64,000 nt of DNA from positions 12,465,934 through 12,529,933 of the forward strand of contig OZ316899.1 of assembly GCA_973895155.1 (NCBI GenBank), in the 5' to 3' direction. Positions within the stretch are counted from its first letter, which is position 1; each line of letters starts with the position of its first letter. Below the pieces are notes generated by a model, which was not told where the DNA came from, searched no databases, and saw nothing but the letters and a program-made list of their open reading frames with translations. The translations under genes and the position numbers were made by a program. The DNA is from Marsupella aquatica. Lineage: Eukaryota; Plantae; Marchantiophyta. Of this stretch, positions 57,801 through 64,000 are shown one piece after another.

Positions 57801-60800
57801 AGAATCCTCACTTTCTGGAAAAGTTTTGGTCAATTTTGAAGTCGGGAAGGTAGTTTTCCGGATAGGTTTTGGTAAAGATGGATGGGGAACTGGGAGTCAT
57901 GCCGGCTCAGGACCCGGCTCAAAAACAGGTTCAGTAACCGGTTGAGGAACCGGTTCAAGGGCTGGTTCGGGAACCGGATCCCCCGTGTTTTTCGGATGGT
58001 ACTTATTAACTGGCTGATTTAAATCTGGTGATTGTATAGAAGGGTTAGGAGTAGCGTACCTCTCTAAATCTAAACTACAAGCTTCACTTGGTTCGTCAAA
58101 TTCAAAGATATCAAGAAATCTGATATGTGCATCAGTATCTCTTGACAGTTTTGAGGATTGGGATTGGTTGACTTCTTCATCATCTGATGATGAACTTGAA
58201 GAATTAGAGGTGTAACCATCATCTTCTTCTGTTTCACCAAAGTGTCGCTCATCTTCCCAACTCAAAGTTACTTTTGGAGACCCAAAACTGAATTGCTTTG
58301 CATGCCAATTAACTCTGACGCGTGCTAAGTACAGCCAAGGTCGTCCCAACAAAACAGGAAATGTGGATGGTGTTGATGGTCAAATTATGATGTAATCTAA
58401 TGAAAATATTCTTCCTCCAATTAGGGTATCAATTTTCAGTAACGAACCTACAGGAATCACCCTGGATTGGTCTGCCATTCGTAGGATCCGAGATGTGGGC
58501 TGAAATTTGAAAAATCCCAGATCAGCAGCGGTCTGTTCTGTCATAATATTGACACTTGATCCTCCATCCACAGGGACCTTAGGGATCACACATCCTGAAA
58601 TTTGTATCTCTATTTCAGGTGGACCATGGTCAGTAGATTCCACCTTCCAACATCCATTAACTTCCACTTCTGGTAACTTAAATGGACGCCTCCGCGAAGT
58701 GACCAATGTCTTCATTTGTTTTCTAAAATGGGCATTGGACTTGAGCAATTCTCCAAATGTAATGTTGGCTTTCAAATTACTCACATCTGCAACTATATTA
58801 TAAGTATCCATCCGTCCATCAATATGCACATGGTGAGGATCAACTTTGAAACTTACCTTTTTCCCTGGTTCCAAGGGAGTATCAGTTTTTCCCTTACCCA
58901 TTTCCTTCGCGAGGATTTCCTTAACTTCGTCAGAGATGTCGGGGAGAAAATACTTAGGATCGTGTCGATCATATACATTTTCCTCTTCAATCAATTCCTT
59001 CCCTCATTTTGGATTTGACTTTTCCGCTGATTTGGATGTTGATTTTGGTTTGACGATTGAATCTGCCTCTTTTGCCTTCTGCTTGGAACAAGTCGTAGCA
59101 AAGACATTTAGTATCTGATCACTCTCTCTGATCTCCAAGTTAGGTTGGCCTAGTTCTCCTTCTTTTAATAAGTGTCGATGATCCTTATCATATGTAATCC
59201 CAGCAGGTCCTCCTCTCGACAATACTGGGTTATGGATGTCACTTACACACCCTACAATATTTTCTTCATAGCTGTCCACTAGGCCGCAAGGTGAATCATC
59301 CTCTTCTTCATAATAGACCAGACGAACTGATGGTTCAGGCAGTGCTGCTTCCTTGACTGGGTCCTTGACATAACGAACCATCATCTTTGGTTTCTTTGGT
59401 TGGGGACATTCAATTGGAAGATGACCACTTCCTCCACAATTTCCACAAATTGGTTCGTATCCTACATCTCTTTTTGGCCAGGGGCACGAAGGTGAGAAAT
59501 GATCCTTTGCCCCACAATTCCAACATACTCCTCTGACCAATTGGGACCTGGGTGGGTAACCACCAGGTGGTGCCATTGGCGGTTTATACACTGGCTTATT
59601 AAAATTAGAAACTGGTCTTGGAGGAGGGTTAGGAAAGTACTGTACAGGGGCTGGCCCTGCAATTGTTGGAGGTCCCATTTGGACTTGGTAGCTAGCCTCA
59701 AGGTAATATGGGTGCAATAATGGGTCTTCTCCTTCTTCATAATTAGGGTACTCCCCATTGGTCAAATAATTTACTGATTTGAGTAAGGGACACTCTTGTG
59801 GGCAGTGTCCTGGTTTCCGGCATACTGTACACCATACATTTGCCCTCTGAGGTGTCAATTGTTTCCTTGGGGGTCGTGTTGCAGCTGCATTAACATTCAG
59901 GTACTTCATTTCTTCAAGGAGACTAGCCATTTGTCCCGACATTTTATTCAATTCTGCACTTTTAGGTTGCGAAACCTTTTTCCCCTTTCTTGTAATTTTT
60001 GGGGAAGATTCCTCATCTGATGAGCTGTTGGTCTCGCTACTGGATTGAGATGTGGAACTGTCTTGTTCTGAACTGGAAGTGTCACTTGTTGAGGTAGAGG
60101 ATTCAGCCTTTTTCTTCTTAGATTTCTTCTTGCTCCTTTTCTTTTTCGACTTACTGTCCTTCCGTAACTCTCTCAACAAGTGTTTCCTTTGTGACATCTC
60201 AGAGTCAATATAAGACTGAGCTAAGTCGTATGCTCTCTCTAGGGTTGCGGGAGCCCCTTGTCTTACAAAAGTGTTTAATTTTGTATACAAACCTTGCATG
60301 AACCACTCCTTAATTAAGTTTGCAGGCGGAGGTGGTGTCACTTTATTTGCCAGCTTGGTGACTTTTTGTAAGTAGGTTCTTAAGGAATCGCCTTTCTTCA
60401 TATTTACAAAACTTAATCTTGTAAAAGCTCTAGAAGTAGCTCCCTCTTCCCTGAAAGTTTTGAGGAACTCTGCTCGAACAATTGGCCAATTTGTCTTATC
60501 GGGCAAACTTGAATACCAAGTTCGGGCTTCTCCCTTCATTAAACCTCCAAATACTTTTGCCTTTAGATCAGGGGTATCATCCCCATTGGATGTCGCCACG
60601 GCTTCAAAATCATCCATCCATGCTTCAGCATCTGCTTTCTTGCCACGAAAGTTTTCATAACGGACTCGTGAACGACTCGCCATGATTGTTGTTGTTGTGA
60701 CTTTTCTTGAAGCAAATGGAAGAAGTGGCGGGATAGATATTATGATAGGTGATACAGATGTGCCAGTTGAGAGGTTAGGGGACACTTGCATGTTTTGGTT

Positions 60801-61466
60801 TGGGGAGTTATCCAATCCTGAGGTGCTTGGGCTACTTCTGTATCCTCCTGAATCAGAAGTGGGATTTGTGAATTCCTCTTCTGATCGCTCAAAACCTTCG
60901 CCCACCAATTGCTCAGGTGAGTCAAAGAATTCCTCAGGTGTGATCTGTGCAAGAGAGCCGACTAAAGAGGGTTCCCGTTGGCTCGTATTAGAGAGACGAG
61001 GTGATACTGTTTGGTCTTCTCTTAATATTTCAGACTTATGGCCTTTAGCTTGGTCATGATCCGCAGGTTCCGAACCCCCTGAGTCAGCACTGGTCAAAGT
61101 TGTGTTGTGTCCCACGTCCTTCTTCACATTAGAGATGCCGTAAGCCGTAAATCCTGGTGACCCTAGGGATATATCTCCGTCTAGGCTGGTGGATCTCCTT
61201 AGTGCTTTACCTTGCGGCTTCCTTGGTTTCCTGGGGACTATCTCTTTAGGTCCCGAGCGCAAGTTAACAAACAATGGTCTACTAGCAGATGGCTTCTCTA
61301 GTGTGCCACTTCCTTTTTGTTGTTGTAAGAGTGACACCCGACTTGTGACATTCCCCGGTGCTGGAAATTCTGGTGAGCGGAATTTGTTAAGCAATTCTGG
61401 AGAGTCTGATGGTTTGTCCGGTAACCCTTCCCTCTTCTTCCAAATGTGTTTATTCCTATCAGTCAT
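54873..61466 (-). pseudogene. gag-pol of E: one frame, four TGA stops
   Basis: ORF pieces starting 61466, 58994, 58352, 57833 and 57461 are all in frame, with TGA at 59004, 58380, 57897 and 57528. All gag/PR/RT/RH/INT motifs are present. Confidence 0.95.
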
Positions 61467-61713
61467 TCCTCATGGTGTTAGATACTTACTCCCTTTGGTG
61501 TTTTGCTTTCCAATGTAACCCCTAGTATGCGGCTTTGGTCAGCCCCCTCTTCCTAGGTGAACAGTCATGACCCATCCTGTCTATGGTCACGTTGGTTGAC
61601 TCAAGAGTCATGTGGATGAAGAGTCATAACGGTCAGTGGGGTTGTCCAAAAACCTCACAGCCTCCGGTTTCTGAGCCGATGGCTGATCCGGTTCCTGAGC
61701 CGGATTTCTTCCG

Positions 61714-61956
61714 TCACCTTCTCCCTTGCCTGGCTATCACCCTAGCTAATTCAGGGATGGAAATAATCGCATAATGTTCCCCTGTAATCTGTCCATTTAT
61801 TGTTAAAATTACTAAATGTAAATCTGCTGCTTCCCACCAGGTAATGGATAGCGTGTGTACTCCCCGTCTACCTCGTTGGATTAGTGTCCTAATGCGATTT
61901 GAAGCATTCCTTAAGTTTTGCGCTCTAAAGGAACCCAAACTCCTTCGTGGTGGCAT
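61714..61956 (-). CDS. Small basic ORF (80 aa) upstream of gag E
   Basis: ATG-initiated, same strand, and packed between the 299-aa ORF and gag. Confidence 0.35.
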   Translation of the reverse strand: MPPRRSLGSFRAQNLRNASNRIRTLIQRGRRGVHTLSITWWEAADLHLVILTINGQITGEHYAIISIPELARVIARQGRR

Positions 61957-62030
61957 GTTTTAATAAGCTTCTGCAGAGCTCGGACAGGATTGAGTTGCTT
62001 GGTGAGTTTTGATCAGATTCCCTTTTTATT

Positions 62031-62930
62031 TTAATCATCCCAGGCTTCCTCGTCATCCTCATTATAAGGGAGTCTTAACTGAACCAGGTCTTGGTAGCTA
62101 TTCAACAAATTTTCCAAACAATCAACTGAATCTGTCCATGGTGTTTCTACCAAATGTAATTTGTTCAGAACCTCCTCATACTTCTGTTCTTCCTCGGGTG
62201 TAACACGTGCAATTGGAATCTTGTGTTTCTTTAAGAAGAAGTCTAAATCATATTCCTCTTCCATCGGCTGCAACCTTACTCCTTCCATCCACTTCCTTTT
62301 TAGCACTAGGACATTAACCAACCTTGCTATCGGAGGTAGATCTGTCGTCCATTTGAATGAAGTTTGGCCATTGATAGGAAGCTCCCTTCTTATCACCTCC
62401 CAACTCTCATTGTAAGGATCTCTTAATTGATCTATTAAACGACATCGAGCCAAGGTCATCACCGACTTCTCCTTCCCTAGCAAATGATTTGAATTCTCAT
62501 AATAATACTTCAATACATGTTCAAGTTCAATCCCCCAATTTGGATTTTCACTTAAATGTCCCAATGCTGATATCAATTCTCCTTGTGCATCTGCCTCTAA
62601 AGTTTCTTCCTCCAATTGGTTAGCAATTATGAATTCCGGAATGATAATTTGGTCAAATTCGTGGTCTGCTGTGGCCGTTACCAATTCTAGGAGCCCATCA
62701 ACAGCTCGCTTGAAGACAAAGATCTTATCAAATAGAACATTAGTGGTCCAGGATTTGAGAGGGACTAAATCTTTACCCCAATAATAGCTTTCTCCCAAAT
62801 CATCCTCTTGTCTTCTCTTCAGTATTGTGGAGCGACCTTGTGCACAATTACACTTAATAGTGTAGATCTGATTTTCCCTAGACCTGATTTGGGCTCGTTC
62901 TCTCTTTCCTGGTCTGTGCCGCCTTACCAT
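62031..62930 (-). CDS. Unknown 299-aa 5' extra ORF
   Basis: Intact ATG-initiated ORF with protein-like composition on the gag strand; no motif recognised. Confidence 0.7.
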   Translation of the reverse strand: MVRRHRPGKRERAQIRSRENQIYTIKCNCAQGRSTILKRRQEDDLGESYYWGKDLVPLKSWTTNVLFDKIFVFKRAVDGLLELVTATADHEFDQIIIPEFIIANQLEEETLEADAQGELISALGHLSENPNWGIELEHVLKYYYENSNHLLGKEKSVMTLARCRLIDQLRDPYNESWEVIRRELPINGQTSFKWTTDLPPIARLVNVLVLKRKWMEGVRLQPMEEEYDLDFFLKKHKIPIARVTPEEEQKYEEVLNKLHLVETPWTDSVDCLENLLNSYQDLVQLRLPYNEDDEEAWDD

Positions 62931-63072
62931 TGGTGAAACACCAATCCTTTAGACTCAATTGTCTCTTATTTCATGCTCCATTCTTCCTAGATTCCTTCTG
63001 GAGTCTATAATCCCTCATTCTCATTATTCTTCTAAGTCTGCCTCTTGGCAATGTTTCACCAATGACCGTCCC

Positions 63073-64000
63073 TGTGGTGCGTCCCATGGCTCCCTAAACC
63101 CAAGAAACCCCCCAGCTCAAGCCGATTCCCGCAGGTTTCGCGCTTGGCGAGGCCGTTTCCGCGGCTTAGCGGCATGGGACGCTGCTAACCTTCTACTACT
63201 ACTATTAACATTTTACACACATATACTGGACAGATCCTTCATCGGGTCATGAGATACGTAGCCGGCCTAATCTAGGCCTTCCCTTGTCTTCCCCTCCGTC
63301 TTGTTAGGTATGTTTGGATTCCGCCGCCGGAATGATCCCCAATAGGCTTGGTTAAGCCGCTAAGACCTCTCTCAGCTCGACACATCCAACTCTCACTCCC
63401 CTGCTTACTTTCCTTCCTTCTGTTAGTTGATGTGGGCACTCTTCACACAAGTTAATGTGACACACAAATAGCAAAATGACTCATTCTGACTGAGTCATAC
63501 CATGCACTTGCCATACAAACAGTACATCTCATACACAAGCTCTGCAAACTAAGCCGTGAGGCCAACTCTATTCAGCTCTTAGGCATGAGGAAACATGAAT
63601 ATACACAAGGGTCACTGTATGACTAACCGAGAGCTTCCCTTACTACTTGATCCCAGCCCGGCTGGTGCAAACTAAAAACTTGCTAAAGAAGAGGCCCTGA
63701 GCTCCCCGTTGCCCAGGTACTTATCCTGGTAGTGGATCCGCCTAATTCTTTGCAGCATAAGCCTAATCTACCTAACAGTAATCTACTTGCCCGGATCTAC
63801 CTATGTACAGCAAGGCAGGAGCACAAGTGTTGCTCCTACCAGTGGAACCGCAATCCCACTAAGCTAACTGTGAGGGCCGCTCCTGGTCCTGATCCTAATC
63901 CTAAACTTGGAGATCAGCGCCCGCCCTGCCCACTCACGCCTCCTACCTCCACGTCCGCCCTTCCTAAAAGGAACGGTGCCCTTGCACCGTCACGACACCG
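63073..64000 (-). mobile_element. Family-C LTR 3' end, running off the window
   Basis: Reverse complement aligns to about 10980-11827 and ends GGGACGCACCACA. Confidence 0.9.

Larger units (their letters stand above)
51611..63072 (-). mobile_element. Internal region of Ty3/gypsy element E (its own LTRs not established)
   Basis: 5' extra ORFs, gag-pol, 3' extra ORF, and a 3' UTR homologous to A (TAACGGGAA...AGTTGTT block), cut shortly before the expected PPT. Confidence 0.9.

Noticed and set aside
63047-63061. TGGTGAAACATTG as a PBS, which would make LTR C the 5' LTR of E
   Set aside because: Only TGGTGAA resembles a tRNA end that I recall; too short to support, so the C-E link is left open.
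62928-63064. 13-bp inverted repeat CATTGGTGAAACA as a MITE
   Set aside because: No TSD or second copy, and it overlaps the start codon of the 299-aa ORF.

Overview
Plant repeat DNA, probably from a non-seed land plant (inference). No ordinary host gene, RNA gene or CRISPR array is recognisable. Almost the whole window is nested non-chromovirus Ty3/gypsy retrotransposons (Gag with 3 CCHC knuckles, PR, RT, RH, INT; no chromodomain or extra archaeal-type RNase H seen). Their LTRs are about 4-4.6 kb and each carries a long sense-strand ORF; four families are labelled A-D here. Where read, these ORFs share a PMD/plant-transposon-protein-like block (weakest in B), followed by a coiled coil in A, B and C. 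Element A (2788-23134, +) is decayed. Element B (33341-48221, -) is very young, with an intact 2132-aa gag-pol and the same 618-aa ORF in both LTRs. Element E (about 51611-63072, -) has extra ORFs at both ends. Otherwise unalignable LTR families share a 5'-terminal hairpin (A-D) and a covarying tetraloop hairpin near the 3' end (A-C). Neither insertion with both ends visible has a target-site duplication. At about 24990-33340 lies a different unit: an intact Sola-like (DUF7869-type) DDE transposase with three N-terminal Tnp1/En/Spm-like repeats, head-to-head with an unannotated spliced gene. Mutually inverted arrays of a 25-bp palindrome fill the predicted first intron of each gene. All alignments and family calls were made by eye and from memory; no searches were run.
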